From assembly GCA_963713925.1 (NCBI GenBank), contig OY970212.1, positions 128,001 through 192,000 on the forward strand: DNA of 64,000 bases, in the 5' to 3' direction. Source of the DNA: an uncultured bacterium. GTDB lineage: Bacteria > Babelota > Babeliae > Babelales > Vermiphilaceae. The notes beneath the pieces were generated by a model that was given only the letters and a program-made list of their open reading frames with translations, was not told where the DNA came from and ran no database searches. Position numbers and translations under genes: made by a program. Below are positions 10,404 to 21,129 of the stretch, in pieces (the stretch's first letter is position 1; every line of letters begins with the position of its first letter).

Positions 10404-11075
10404 GTGTTCAATGTAGGTACTATTACCTTTATCCAACAATTCATAGCGGGCTTTATAGCCTATTTAATAACAGCCGGCTTGGTAGGTTGCTTTCAAGCAT
10501 GGGTTTGTACTTTAGTTGGGGATGATACGCCTGAGAAAGAAGGATATTTGACCGTCAACCCGCTGATGCATGCAGATGTGTTTGGCGTTATATGTTTATT
10601 GTTAATTGGAGTAGGATTTAATCCTTCAATGCCGATCAATCCATTTAATATGCCGTATCGCGGTCGGACAATTCGCTATGTAATAGCATTATTTTCAAAC
10701 GTTTTCATTTCTATTATCTTGTCAGCGCTTTGGATAGTCTTACTCGTTGTTTTCAGCATTGAAGCAGGACAAGAATCAACAAGCTCTGTTTTCTCTTTCT
10801 TTCAAGTAAATTCATTTTTTGACGCACTTATGTTGGTAGGACGCATGCTACTCAATACAAGCCTCTTTTTTGCTGTTCTTAATTTGGTGTACGACAGTTT
10901 TTTATTATTGGCATACGGTATTCGCGACAAAATCACAGAGCAGGAGAGAGAGATCATTGGATGGGTATTTTTGATCATGCCGATAGCCATACTCTATTTT
11001 TATGGACCATATTTATCATTCTTTATCCAGACAATTGTCATAGGTTTGGTAAGCTTTTTTCAGGGAATTCTATAG
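10404..11075 (+). CDS. Site-2 protease (M50)-like membrane protein lacking catalytic motifs
   Basis: GDDTP...[12 protein letters not shown] matches the YwhC-type M50 pattern; no HExxH or NLLP..LDG. Confidence 0.65.
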   Translation: MFNVGTITFIQQFIAGFIAYLITAGLVGCFQAWVCTLVGDDTPEKEGYLTVNPLMHADVFGVICLLLIGVGFNPSMPINPFNMPYRGRTIRYVIALFSNVFISIILSALWIVLLVVFSIEAGQESTSSVFSFFQVNSFFDALMLVGRMLLNTSLFFAVLNLVYDSFLLLAYGIRDKITEQEREIIGWVFLIMPIAILYFYGPYLSFFIQTIVIGLVSFFQGIL

Positions 11076-11079
11076 TATT

Positions 11080-12270
11080 ATGAATCCACAAGAGCAACTT
11101 ACATTATTAAAAAATGGCGCTTCAGCAATTATTCCCGAGGCTGAATTGCTCAAAAAATTGCAATCGGGTAAGAAATTGACAGTCAAATTTGGTGCCGATC
11201 CAACAGCCGCAGATCTTCATTTGGGGCATGCTGTTGTGCTTTGCAAATTGCGCCAGTTTCAAGATCTTGGTCATCATATTATTTTCTTAATCGGGGATTA
11301 TACTGCTCGCATTGGCGATCCAACAGGCAAATCAAAAACGCGCCCCCCGCTTACACAAGAAGTAATTGAGCAAAATGCAAAGACCTATTTTGCTCAAGTC
11401 GGGCGTATTTTAGATGAACGACGATTAACAGTGCGTTACAATTCGCAGTGGCTCGACAAATTATCAAGCAAAGATTTTGTGCAGTTGTGCGCAAAAACCA
11501 CGGTGTCTCAAATTATCGAGCGTGATGATTTTGCAAAACGTTTACAAGAACATCAACCAATTGGGCTTCATGAACTACTCTATCCATTGTTGCAAGGATA
11601 TGATTCTGTTGAACTCAAGGCAGATGTTGAACTTGGCGGCACCGATCAGACCTTCAATTTGATGATGGGAAGATTTTTGCAAGAGCACTATGGGCAAGAT
11701 GCGCAAGTCGTACTCACCACTCCGTTACTTGAAGGTTTGGATGGCGTACACAAGATGTCAAAATCGTTGGGAAATTCGATTGGATTGAATGAACCGGCCG
11801 ATCAAGCATATGGCAAGTTGATGTCTATTTCAGATCAACTTATTTTGCGTTATGCACATCTTTTGTTGCAAAAAACTGATGAGGAAATTGCTCATTACAA
11901 ACAAGAAATCGCATCTAGTCGAATTCACCCAATGACGCTCAAAAAACAAATCGCATATGGAGTTGTGGAACGTTTTTGGTCACGACAAGATGCCGATGCT
12001 GCGCAAGCTCAATTTGAAGCACTTTTTCAAAAGCGTGATTACTCTGCGGCACATGAAGTTGCTCTTACTGCAATTGCATCTCAGCTTACTGTAGTTGATC
12101 TCTTGAAAGCTCTGGCTGCAGTTAAAACATCATCAGAAGCATATCGCTTGATTGAATCAGGTGCGGTGAGTGTTGATGGCAATGTGATCAAAAATCCTAA
12201 AGAAATGATCACTCCGGTATCAGGAATGATTATCAAAGCAGGCAAACATCGTATCTATAAGCTCGCATGA
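11080..12270 (+). CDS. tyrS: Tyrosine--tRNA ligase
   Basis: [32 protein letters not shown]-terminal S4 domain. Confidence 0.97.
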   Translation: MNPQEQLTLLKNGASAIIPEAELLKKLQSGKKLTVKFGADPTAADLHLGHAVVLCKLRQFQDLGHHIIFLIGDYTARIGDPTGKSKTRPPLTQEVIEQNAKTYFAQVGRILDERRLTVRYNSQWLDKLSSKDFVQLCAKTTVSQIIERDDFAKRLQEHQPIGLHELLYPLLQGYDSVELKADVELGGTDQTFNLMMGRFLQEHYGQDAQVVLTTPLLEGLDGVHKMSKSLGNSIGLNEPADQAYGKLMSISDQLILRYAHLLLQKTDEEIAHYKQEIASSRIHPMTLKKQIAYGVVERFWSRQDADAAQAQFEALFQKRDYSAAHEVALTAIASQLTVVDLLKALAAVKTSSEAYRLIESGAVSVDGNVIKNPKEMITPVSGMIIKAGKHRIYKLA

Positions 12271-12998
12271 ACATAATTCCTGAAGGTTTCTTGCTTGTTG
12301 ATAAACCGGCAGGCATTACCTCATATGATTGTATTCGAAGAATCAAACGCACCCTTTTTTCTCGGGCCATAAAAACTGCTCATCGCATTCGCGTTGGACA
12401 CTCGGGAACACTTGATACATTTGCAACAGGCCTTTTAATCGTTGCAATCGGACGTCAAGCAACAAAAAAATTATCTGAAGTTATTACTTTTGATAAAGTG
12501 TATCGCGCAAGAGCATCCATCTCGCTGCTAACCGACACGCTTGATCGCACCGGCAGAATAATTTATCAAGATCACAGTGCACACGCCGACGCGACAAAAC
12601 TTGAAAGCGCAATTATCGCATTCGGAGCAGGCTATGCACAAACTCCTCCTATTTTCAGCGCGCTGAAACATGAAGGCAGACGATTATCAGATCTCGCGCG
12701 AAGATCGATTGAATCAATTGATGTGCAAAAAATCGCACAAACAAAAGAACGATTCATACGCCTCCACTATTGTGAAATTTCACAAGTCGAACTCGATCGT
12801 TTTGATCTTTTTGCACATGTTTCCCATGGCACTTATATTCGAAGTTTAGTAAATGACGTGGCACAAAAAGCAGGCTATGCTGGAGCATGCACAATAGAGC
12901 TTAGGCGTCTTTCGATCGGACATTTTTCTGTTGACAAATCAGTGCATCTGGACGATATTTCTAGCGACAACATTGGTAGTCTTATCATTCCTGTATGA
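12267..12998 (+). CDS. truB: tRNA pseudouridine(55) synthase
   Basis: [37 protein letters not shown] overlap with tyrS. Confidence 0.95.
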   Translation: MNIIPEGFLLVDKPAGITSYDCIRRIKRTLFSRAIKTAHRIRVGHSGTLDTFATGLLIVAIGRQATKKLSEVITFDKVYRARASISLLTDTLDRTGRIIYQDHSAHADATKLESAIIAFGAGYAQTPPIFSALKHEGRRLSDLARRSIESIDVQKIAQTKERFIRLHYCEISQVELDRFDLFAHVSHGTYIRSLVNDVAQKAGYAGACTIELRRLSIGHFSVDKSVHLDDISSDNIGSLIIPV

Positions 12999-13007
12999 GG
13001 TTGAAAT

Positions 13008-13445
13008 ATGAAACGATATCTATTTTCATTGCTTGTCATCGGAGCTTCAGTGCGTTGTGCTGATCAACAAGGGCCTGTTGATGCATTACGAAAAGAATGT
13101 GCACTTGTTGCCATAGATGCATTTTTGTTTGATGTTGAAAAAAAATCGAGTGCCGCTGATAAAAAAGCATATGAGCTCTCACTTCCTCAACGCGATTTCA
13201 TTATAAACGAGGAGTGGGGCAAAGTCACTCACCCTGCTATAAAAAGCATATTGTATGGTGATGATTATAAGGAGCGAGTTAAGTCTTTATATGCGAGATT
13301 CGCGACTCCGCAAACTCCGCGAAGAAAGCTGAGCTATCATGTTCCTGTTGATTCAGATCCACGAGCGGCCGAGCAATCGCAAAAAGAAGCTGCTCTCAAA
13401 AAAAGAATCGCCGCTGTATATCAAAAACTTGGTCTGGATAAATAA
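13008..13445 (+). CDS. Secreted hypothetical protein
   Basis: RBS gagg, signal-peptide-like N-terminus, 145 aa. Confidence 0.6.
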   Translation: MKRYLFSLLVIGASVRCADQQGPVDALRKECALVAIDAFLFDVEKKSSAADKKAYELSLPQRDFIINEEWGKVTHPAIKSILYGDDYKERVKSLYARFATPQTPRRKLSYHVPVDSDPRAAEQSQKEAALKKRIAAVYQKLGLDK

Positions 13446-13522
13446 GAGCTTGTATGCAAATTAAGCTTTCTAACTAAAAAGGGCTGGTTGTCGAATGAAG
13501 TTCATGTTGAATTTGGGTAAAA
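13446..13522 (+). mobile_element. Degenerate left end of the GAGCTTAT MITE
   Basis: TAA|gagcttgtatgcaaattaagctttctaactaaaaagggctggttgtc matches the left end of the 59357 and 40082 (reverse) copies. Confidence 0.7.
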
Positions 13523-13561
13523 TAAAATAGTCTCCAATTCGTGATGAGCGGAACATCTAAT

Positions 13562-13637
13562 CGTTCGTGGTGAGCGGAGTTGCGGGCCCCATGCTTAAAG
13601 CATGGGTAAGAATGCAACGCAGTCGAACCATACGAAC
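13562..13637 (+). repeat. Family-1 palindromic element with nested family-2 hairpin, upstream of GIY-YIG
   Basis: gttcgtggtgagcg...gggccccatgcttaaagcatgggtaa...gtcgaaccatacgaac. Confidence 0.85.
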
Positions 13638-13649
13638 AAGAAAATAGAT

Positions 13650-13934
13650 ATGCAAGACTTTTATATATATATTCTTAAATGCAGTGACGGCTCATATTAT
13701 ACCGGCCATACGGATAATATCGAGCTGCGAGTTCAAGAACATGAAACCGGTCGGTATGAAGGTTATACCGCGACACGCCTGCCTGTACAGGTAGTTTTTA
13801 TTGAAGTAATGGCCTCTCGTGGGGATGCGTTGGAAGCAGAAATGCAAATTAAGCAATGGTCGCGTAAGAAAAAAGAGGTTCTTATTGAATATGGATGGCG
13901 AGGCATGAAAAGTTTTGCAAAAAGATATAAATAG
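13650..13934 (+). CDS. Small stand-alone GIY-YIG nuclease
   Basis: FYIYILKCSDGSYYTGHTDN..R...H, E.QIK.WSR.KK. Confidence 0.92.
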   Translation: MQDFYIYILKCSDGSYYTGHTDNIELRVQEHETGRYEGYTATRLPVQVVFIEVMASRGDALEAEMQIKQWSRKKKEVLIEYGWRGMKSFAKRYK

Positions 13935-13938
13935 GGAA

Positions 13939-13982
13939 GTTCGTATGGTTCGACTTCGTTTCACTTCGCTCACCACGAACGG
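13939..13982 (-). repeat. Family-1 palindromic element, inverted, downstream of GIY-YIG
   Basis: gttcgtatggttcgac...cgctcaccacgaac is the reverse complement of the ends of the 13562 copy. Confidence 0.85.
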
Positions 13983-14055
13983 CTAATGTAAAAAATTTAA
14001 TTAAGCGTCGAAATGAATGCAATTTTTTCATGATTTTTAAAAAACTCAGCGAAAC

Positions 14056-14682
14056 TTAGCGGATCACATTTTTGCCAATATCTTTTGTTTTCACATTACG
14101 CTCTTTGGGAATTCCGGAGATCGTTTTCCGTTCCCCACCACTTTTGCGGCCTTTTTGGGGACGTACCACGACCTTTCCATTTGAGCGCTCTATAGAAACC
14201 AAACATCGTTTCCGCTCCGGGTCGGGTTGCATGGTGAACTGAGCTATTGGCCTGCGCAGTTCTTGCCCACTGAGTAGATCTTTTGCTTTTACAGTGTTTC
14301 CATAGTCATCTTTTGTTGCCAAGAAAATGATGATAGTAAACGTTTTTGAAAGTATGTTTTTTGGTAACTTAATTCTTACATATCCAAGTTCTTCATGATC
14401 AGTTCCTTGAGCAGCCGGAATAACATAATCATAAAAAGGAGTGATGCTCGTATGTATGAACTCATTTAGAATTTCTTCCGGGGCGATAAGCCTTCTTCTA
14501 TCGTCCAAAAATCGAACATGAAGATCTTCTTGTAAATAATTTTTGAGCTCGACAACATCATGCAAAATAACAAAAGGTTCGGATGCGTCCGGCCCTGCTT
14601 CGTGATCAAAAATGTCGGCAGAAAAAAGAATAAAAGGAGCGAGCAGCGCAATAGCGACAAATAGTCTTACGTTCATACGCAT
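14056..14682 (-). CDS. Secreted hypothetical protein (PQKG..KT.SG..N family)
   Basis: Signal peptide; C-terminal motif shared with the two adjacent genes. Confidence 0.65.
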   Translation of the reverse strand: MRMNVRLFVAIALLAPFILFSADIFDHEAGPDASEPFVILHDVVELKNYLQEDLHVRFLDDRRRLIAPEEILNEFIHTSITPFYDYVIPAAQGTDHEELGYVRIKLPKNILSKTFTIIIFLATKDDYGNTVKAKDLLSGQELRRPIAQFTMQPDPERKRCLVSIERSNGKVVVRPQKGRKSGGERKTISGIPKERNVKTKDIGKNVIR

Positions 14683-14703
14683 TCCTTTTTTTATAAGCTG
14701 TCT

Positions 14704-15276
14704 TTACTCATCATCGACGTCATCGAATCCGTCATCTTCATCATATTCCTTCTTTGCAAGGAGTGTGTGCTTAATTAAAGCTGCCATCAACTCTGTTGGG
14801 TTGATATTAGTCTTTTGAATGATGAGTCCACCTTTTGTTTTTCCACTAGAGCTGTTTTGCGGTTTCAAAACGCCATCTTCATAGGCGAGATATAAAAATT
14901 TTCCAGCAGGGAAGCGATAAGATTTTTGATCTACGTCTCCATTAGGCTTTGAAAAAGATACGTGAAGTATTGTTTGTTTTTCTTTATCAATTTTTGCTTG
15001 ATAAGGCACTATATCTTCTCCTTTTATTAATCGTTTTTTTTCAGGAAGAAGAAAGGTGTTGTTAAAATCGTCATTTTCCAATGTAACTTGTAATGGTACG
15101 GACATGTTGTTAATCAACTCAAATTCTGCAGGATTATTCTGAATTTTTAATTTTCTTGCTGCTGCATTCATTTTCGTAGGATCGACATCATGAACAACTC
15201 GATCTCGATCTGCTGGATGTATTTGCATTGATACAATCAAAATTCCAAATAACGCATGGAATAACTTACTTTTCAT
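14704..15276 (-). CDS. Secreted hypothetical protein, paralog
   Basis: Start MKSKLFHALFGILIVSMQIHP overlaps the upstream stop; FEL.N.M, Y.F..GK, LKPQ..GKT.GG motifs. Confidence 0.7.
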   Translation of the reverse strand: MKSKLFHALFGILIVSMQIHPADRDRVVHDVDPTKMNAAARKLKIQNNPAEFELINNMSVPLQVTLENDDFNNTFLLPEKKRLIKGEDIVPYQAKIDKEKQTILHVSFSKPNGDVDQKSYRFPAGKFLYLAYEDGVLKPQNSSSGKTKGGLIIQKTNINPTELMAALIKHTLLAKKEYDEDDGFDDVDDE

Positions 15277-15841
15277 TGTATCCGTCATCTTCTTCATCCG
15301 AATTATCTGCAGTGACTTGATATGCTTTATCAATATCTTGTTGTGTTACATTATTTCTTGGAATGGTATAGCCACTTTGAGTTTTTCCGTTGGTCCCTTT
15401 TTGAGGTTTTAATCTACCTTCTTCAAAACTAACGAATACTGATTTGCCTGGATTAAATTTATATACTCGATCAATTCTGGCGCCTTTTTTATCGATAAAA
15501 GTAATTTTAAGAGTGATTGGATCTTTATAATGCGCAAGTTCCAATGTGTATGATGAATCATTTTGAGGCTTTGTTAAAAGTTTTTTTGCCATGTGCATCA
15601 TTGGGTTTTCACCTGCATCAAGAGCCATTGCTTTAATTTCAGGACCATTTTGTACTTCTACCGTAATTCTTGAATTCATTTTGTTACGGAGTTCAAAATT
15701 GATGGTTTTTGGCCTGTTTGTTTCTATATAGGCGCGCGCTGCTTCATCATCAAAAATTGATCCTCTACGGTCTGCACAATTGGTTTGCATCGAAGCGATC
15801 AAAATTCCGACCATCGATAGTCGCTTTATATTCATTGACAT
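15266..15841 (-). CDS. Secreted hypothetical protein, paralog
   Basis: GILIASMQ leader; FELRNKM, YKFNPGK, LKPQKGTNGKTQSG; acidic tail like the neighbour. Confidence 0.7.
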   Translation of the reverse strand: MSMNIKRLSMVGILIASMQTNCADRRGSIFDDEAARAYIETNRPKTINFELRNKMNSRITVEVQNGPEIKAMALDAGENPMMHMAKKLLTKPQNDSSYTLELAHYKDPITLKITFIDKKGARIDRVYKFNPGKSVFVSFEEGRLKPQKGTNGKTQSGYTIPRNNVTQQDIDKAYQVTADNSDEEDDGYNEK

Positions 15842-15849
15842 ACCCCTTA

Positions 15850-15984
15850 TTTTACCCCATGTATAAAATGCATGGGGGGTCTCTGATTTTTTACCCCACG
15901 CTTCCGCCTCCGCTAATCCAACGTCGCCAAAGGCTATGTCGAGACAAGAGCCTCGGACGGGACAGGATCAATCGGGGGTCCCCT
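15850..15984. repeat. Cluster of family-2 (TACCCCA...GGGGxCC) and family-3 (cgccaaaggcta) hairpins
   Basis: ttttaccccatg...catggggggtc and ttttaccccacg...cgtcgccaaaggctatg...cgggggtcccc. Confidence 0.65.
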
Positions 15985-16143
15985 ATGGATCTGATGGGGG
16001 ATTCCCGTGATTAGCCCAATCATACCTGGGCTCTTGATTCTATTTCAAGAGTTTGATTACAAATTGAAAATGAGGGCTATTGCATTTGGCCAAAGACAGA
16101 TTTATGATGGAAATATAATCAAAACAATTATTTGGGAGTTTTT

Positions 16144-16566
16144 ATGAAGTTATTACGTCTTATATGCGCTTTTGCACTCTGTTTGACTGGAGTAGCTTTA
16201 CAGGCAAAACCAGAACAGGCAAAACCAGAAAACATTATTCATCTGAAGGACAAAAGAAAAAGCATAATTGCTGAGGCCGGGAAATATGACTTTGTGATAG
16301 TTAAATATTCAGCGCCCTGGTGTGGTCCATGCAAAACTCTTGCCCCGATAATAGAAAGATTGGCACGAGAGTTTCCTAATATAACTATTATTGAAATTGA
16401 TGTTGACGATTATCCGGCACCTTCTTACATAAGACATATTCCAACGCTGGAATTTTACGTTAAAGGTCAAAAAGTAGCTACAGTAGGAAATCAGAGTGAA
16501 CAAGGTATGCGAAACTTAATCAAGCAACATTTCAAACCTGTATGCGCAACGCCTTCAAAGAAATAA
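16144..16566 (+). CDS. Exported thioredoxin
   Basis: WCGPC, IPT cis-Pro loop, signal peptide ALQA. Confidence 0.9.
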   Translation: MKLLRLICAFALCLTGVALQAKPEQAKPENIIHLKDKRKSIIAEAGKYDFVIVKYSAPWCGPCKTLAPIIERLAREFPNITIIEIDVDDYPAPSYIRHIPTLEFYVKGQKVATVGNQSEQGMRNLIKQHFKPVCATPSKK

Positions 16567-16846
16567 TGAATTACAATAACGAAGCGCTCAACGGCTTTCA
16601 TATTTCGTTAAAATTTCGTAGAATGAATAAAAGTCTTTGTATTGCGCGTAAATCTTTTACCCAAATTTCACATACGTTTAATTTGGGGCCCAATTCTTCG
16701 ACCTGTTACGCCATAGCCTTATAGGCGACGGCGAAAGCTGCAATAAGCAGCGAAGAATTAAAAAACATTTACACTTGTAGTAGAATTGAAAGCCTGGGAA
16801 ATCCCGGGCTTTCATATTCAAAAACAATCTACTTATTTTGGAACCC

Positions 16847-17203
16847 ATGATACGAAATATTTTTTTGCTTCTGTGTGCAGCGTTATCAATGTCCGGCATG
16901 GCAATGAACAGACCAACCCAACCGAATAACAATCGAAAATCTTGTTCGACTTATATGAAGTGTCTCGGATATGTTTATGGTGCGAGTGCTACAGGAGCAT
17001 TATTTATGGTCGGAATCGCTCTAAATAACGTGCCATGTTCGAGTGTTGTCCTCGTAGCAGGGAGTTTGTTAATCGATAGACTCAAACGAGATTATCAAAG
17101 AGCTATGAATAAGAAAATGAGAGAAATGAGACAGGATAGACTAAATTTCGTTCGATCAATGCGAATTGCAAAAGCGGAACGGATTGCTTTGCTTAAGCAT
17201 TGA
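16847..17203 (+). CDS. Hypothetical secreted/membrane protein
   Basis: Signal peptide, two hydrophobic segments, basic tail. Confidence 0.5.
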   Translation: MIRNIFLLLCAALSMSGMAMNRPTQPNNNRKSCSTYMKCLGYVYGASATGALFMVGIALNNVPCSSVVLVAGSLLIDRLKRDYQRAMNKKMREMRQDRLNFVRSMRIAKAERIALLKH

Positions 17204-17210
17204 GATAAGC

Positions 17211-18173
17211 ATGAAACACTCAAATAAAGTTGACGTACGATCTTTAGTTAAGAATATTTCGCAAGAATGTTCCAAGTTCTACTGGGACCCCATGGTATGT
17301 GAACAATACGCATGGTGGCTTATTGAAGCAGTTACTGGCAAATCTCGAACTAATTTATTAACAATAGGTTCAATCGACTTGTCGGACTCACAGTTGGAAA
17401 AGATTCATCTTTACATCGATGAGCTTATCAATCAAAAAAAACCCCTTGCCTACATTATTGGCTGGACTCCATTTCTGGATTTAAAAATCCAGGTCGTACC
17501 ACCATTGCTTATTCCGCGCCCGGAGACTGAAGAATGGGTTGCTCATCTTATTGAATTGTTGCGTCCTCATGCGCAGCTATCTCTTTCTATCCTTGATCTG
17601 TGCACCGGCACCGGCTGCATCGGGCTCGCAATAGCAAAAGCTTATCCTCGCATGAAAGTCACCGCCGTTGATATTAATCCGCTTGCTGTTGAAGTCGCAT
17701 CTGAGAATGCGCGCATGAATGAAATTGGTAACATTGAAATTGTGCACTCCGATCTATTTAACAATATCACAACCGAGACTTTTGATATTATTATTAGTAA
17801 CCCTCCCTATATTTCAGCCCAAGAATTTGAAACTCTTGATGAAAGCGTCAAATTGTGGGAAGACTATAAAGCGTTGGTTGCAGATGATCAGGGGCTCGCA
17901 CTTATAAAGCGCATAATAGAACAGGCGCCAAGATACCTGAGAAAAAACAAAGAACTTGCAGCTATTATACCCCATGCCGAAAGCACGGGGGCCCCGACCG
18001 TAGGCAATCTTTGGATAGAAATTGGACATCAACAAGCACAGGCTGTAATCGCATATATGAAGCAAAATAAGTATGCGAATGCGCACAGCTATACTGACAT
18101 GTCACATAAAGAGAGAGTTGTAATAGGAACCTATGAAGCGGGAAAATCAGCAATGCATCACACTCCTGATTAA
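17211..18173 (+). CDS. prmC: Release factor glutamine methyltransferase
   Basis: PLAYIIG, LIPRPETE, LDLCTGTG, SNPPY, EIG..Q. Confidence 0.93.
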   Translation: MKHSNKVDVRSLVKNISQECSKFYWDPMVCEQYAWWLIEAVTGKSRTNLLTIGSIDLSDSQLEKIHLYIDELINQKKPLAYIIGWTPFLDLKIQVVPPLLIPRPETEEWVAHLIELLRPHAQLSLSILDLCTGTGCIGLAIAKAYPRMKVTAVDINPLAVEVASENARMNEIGNIEIVHSDLFNNITTETFDIIISNPPYISAQEFETLDESVKLWEDYKALVADDQGLALIKRIIEQAPRYLRKNKELAAIIPHAESTGAPTVGNLWIEIGHQQAQAVIAYMKQNKYANAHSYTDMSHKERVVIGTYEAGKSAMHHTPD

Positions 18174-18801
18174 ACAAAACAGCATTGTTTTGGCATGCGC
18201 AGAATTTGGCCAACAAACGATACTGACCGGGACGTTGCTCAAAGAACTCGCCCCGGCGCACACGTTTATTGACGGTCGAATATACAACTTCGGGCTCGCG
18301 CTTTCCACTCTTGAGACATATCTCCGACTCACACGCTACCACGGAGCGGTCATCGGCCTTATTTTTGATACGTCTCTTATTATCGATTCTTTTGCTTTGC
18401 CGCATAGCAATCTAGTGACCGGCAATGCTTTGAGTTCATATCACACTCGCACGCTGACATTCCAAAGATCTTCGCAAGATATGCCCGTAAACTACACCGC
18501 TGCAATTGGATGTGATCTTCTTTTGCAATATGAATTGTTATGCAGCGAGCTGGGATTGTCACTTGTTTTTGCAAGCACTCCGCTCCAGGCGTATGCGCGG
18601 ATGTATCGAGTGTTATACGGTGCTGCGTTTCGCCATTCATTGCTTCTTGATGCGGTTGAGCAACATGGCTCGAATATAGATCTGACCATCGATCAAACAC
18701 TTCTTTCGAGATTTATCAAACAACCGGCACATCAAGTGAATGCCCGTGACAATATGCTATGCATTGGCAGTTTTTACTGCATGAGAGATTTATTAGTATA
18801 A
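18133..18801 (+). CDS. Hypothetical protein (possibly degenerate PilM-like)
   Basis: 222 aa ORF overlapping the prmC end; the family guess rests only on context with the downstream bitopic protein. Confidence 0.45.
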   Translation: MKRENQQCITLLIKQNSIVLACAEFGQQTILTGTLLKELAPAHTFIDGRIYNFGLALSTLETYLRLTRYHGAVIGLIFDTSLIIDSFALPHSNLVTGNALSSYHTRTLTFQRSSQDMPVNYTAAIGCDLLLQYELLCSELGLSLVFASTPLQAYARMYRVLYGAAFRHSLLLDAVEQHGSNIDLTIDQTLLSRFIKQPAHQVNARDNMLCIGSFYCMRDLLV

Positions 18802-18822
18802 GAAGCTTAAAAAGGAATTGTC

Positions 18823-19371
18823 ATGGAGAAGAATCAGATAAACTTTGCTCAATTTGAACGATATTCAGCTCTAACGCAACGAAAGAAAGATATGCGGCTT
18901 GTTGCCCTGCTGGCATTATGCATGGGGCTCGCGCAGGCTCTGGTCGTTGGTTATTGGTATTTTAATTCAGCACGTGGCACTGACCACGCGCAAATACCGC
19001 CTTTTTACCCCACGCTATCGCGCGGGGGCCCCGTGGTTTCATCCTCTGTTCAACAAGTTCACATCCAAGAATCGAGCTCTCAGCAGAATCTCCTTGAAGT
19101 CTTAGCTCCCTTTTTGAACGGAAACAAAAAGCTCAAGCTCTCTTCTTTACACAAACAAAAAATGTATCCGCACAGCATTGTTTTCAACGAGCAAGGCATG
19201 AGTCTCACTGTTGCAATTGCCAACACGCAGTCATTGCAAAAGAGCATCGATGTTCTTGAAAAAACCTTAGAGACCCCACTCGCGGTGCAATCAATTAAAG
19301 AGATCAACAATCAAAGGCTTGTTTGTCTGGCAACAGAGTTAGGCAAAAAATTGATCTCTAAGATAAATTGA
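18823..19371 (+). CDS. Bitopic membrane protein (possibly PilN-like)
   Basis: RBS aagga; QINF...basic stretch then a single TM helix. Confidence 0.5.
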   Translation: MEKNQINFAQFERYSALTQRKKDMRLVALLALCMGLAQALVVGYWYFNSARGTDHAQIPPFYPTLSRGGPVVSSSVQQVHIQESSSQQNLLEVLAPFLNGNKKLKLSSLHKQKMYPHSIVFNEQGMSLTVAIANTQSLQKSIDVLEKTLETPLAVQSIKEINNQRLVCLATELGKKLISKIN

Positions 19372-19470
19372 AAAACCAACAATAATTAATCGAAAATTTG
19401 AGGCGCACATATTTGACGCACTCGGATTTTTGCGATAAAGTCACCCACAAAAGCAAAGTGAGGAGACTAT

Positions 19471-21072
19471 ATGAAGCAACAAATCCAGAAACTGTTTAAA
19501 GCTCTTATTATATGCATTGCATCGCAAAATTCTTTATTTGCTGTGCTGCAAAATGGATTTTTTCAATATAAGACCGGCGAGCATTCATCTCTTGTACTCG
19601 TAAATACGACTCGATTAGAAAATCAAATTCCGCATGAACTGCAACATTTCAAAAAACTTGCGTTTGAAACTCCGGAATATTTGGCTTATGCGCATACGCA
19701 TAACCAGGATATCATTTTTATAATCGATGATGTTTTTGGAGAAATAAGCCAGCTCAATCCTCAGGCTGCAATTACTGAAGGATCTCGTGTCGCACTCACT
19801 TGGCTGAGCGCTCACTATCGCTTTGCGACAAAGCCACTAGATAATATCAGGGTATTTGTCGTTTCCCACGATGTATCGCTCTCAGAAGAAGACGATATTC
19901 ATGCTATTATTAGTGGCCCGAGAGATCAGAACACAACTCAAACAAAAAATATTGAAGAGAAGTTTGAAAGTTATATTACAAGAATTAAACCATTCAAACA
20001 TGACAATCAAGAATCATTCACGCTACAACCGATTACTCTCGATATAAATCGAGAATCGCCCGTTCGATTTGATATCGGAAACGTGCCGGTTTCCGATCAT
20101 AAACAACGCATCGTCATCACCGGAGCGGCCGGATTTCTTGGATCGCATTTAAGCAAAAAAATTTTAGATGAAGGGCATACGGTTATTGGGCTTGATAATC
20201 TGTCTTGTTGCTCAGGGAAAAATCTTGAAGAACTTCTAAAATCATCTCGATTTCATTTTATCAAGCATGACATATCAAACTCTTACGATTTCAATGAACC
20301 AATAGACATCATCATTCATGCCGCGTCAGTACCAAGTCCCGAATATTATTATAAAATGCCGGTCGAAACGTTGCGCTCGGGATTGCATGGCATTGATAAT
20401 GCACTTGAGCTTGCATATAAATACAATGCTCGCTGCATGTTTACCTCCACTTCGGAAGTCTACGGTGATCCTTCTATTAGCCCTCAACCTGAATCATATG
20501 CCGGCAATGTAAGCCCGATAGGCAAACGCTCACAATATGATGAATCGAAACGAGGCGCGGAAACATTGATTTGGTTCTCATATAAGCAAAAACCGATTGA
20601 TATTCGCATAGCTCGCATTTTCAATACTTATGGCCCTGGTATGGAACTCAATGATGGTCGCGTAATTACTAACTTTATTCAAGCAACGTTATCGGAAAAA
20701 CCGCTTACTATTTATGGATCCGGACTGCAAACAAGAAGTTTTTGTTATGTAGATGATTTAATAGCTGGACTCTTTGAACTCACTGTAACTGAAAAAATTA
20801 ACCAAGATTCATCTTTTGAAGACAGAATTTTCAATGTCGGCAACCCGCATGAATTCACTGTTAATGAATGCGCATCAATCATGCAAGAAATAAGTCAAAA
20901 GCATCTCAATTATCAGCCTACCATACGTTGGATTGCAAACCCAGACGCTACAGATCCGAAACAAAGAAAACCAGACATTACACGCGCCCGCGAACTACTT
21001 GGATTTGAACCAAAAATTAATTTATACGCCGGGCTAGAAAAAACATTCTTGCATTTTAAGGATTTGCAATGA
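19471..21072 (+). CDS. UDP-glucuronate decarboxylase (Uxs)-like SDR with signal peptide and ~190 aa extra N-terminal domain
   Basis: GAAGFLG, TSEVYGDP, YDESK, RIFNTYGP, DGRVITNFI, QTRSFCYVDD, DP.QRKPDI. Confidence 0.88.
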   Translation: MKQQIQKLFKALIICIASQNSLFAVLQNGFFQYKTGEHSSLVLVNTTRLENQIPHELQHFKKLAFETPEYLAYAHTHNQDIIFIIDDVFGEISQLNPQAAITEGSRVALTWLSAHYRFATKPLDNIRVFVVSHDVSLSEEDDIHAIISGPRDQNTTQTKNIEEKFESYITRIKPFKHDNQESFTLQPITLDINRESPVRFDIGNVPVSDHKQRIVITGAAGFLGSHLSKKILDEGHTVIGLDNLSCCSGKNLEELLKSSRFHFIKHDISNSYDFNEPIDIIIHAASVPSPEYYYKMPVETLRSGLHGIDNALELAYKYNARCMFTSTSEVYGDPSISPQPESYAGNVSPIGKRSQYDESKRGAETLIWFSYKQKPIDIRIARIFNTYGPGMELNDGRVITNFIQATLSEKPLTIYGSGLQTRSFCYVDDLIAGLFELTVTEKINQDSSFEDRIFNVGNPHEFTVNECASIMQEISQKHLNYQPTIRWIANPDATDPKQRKPDITRARELLGFEPKINLYAGLEKTFLHFKDLQ

Positions 21073-21129
21073 GATGCGCGGTTTAGATAAACAAAGTAAA
21101 TGAAGCTACTAAAAAAAGGTGAGATGAAA

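Noticed and set aside
13602..13649. N-terminal extension of the GIY-YIG ORF
   Set aside because: It derives from the upstream repeat; the domain begins at ATG 13650.
15709..16014. 101-aa ORF
   Set aside because: Overlaps a real gene and runs through repeat hairpins; no protein features.
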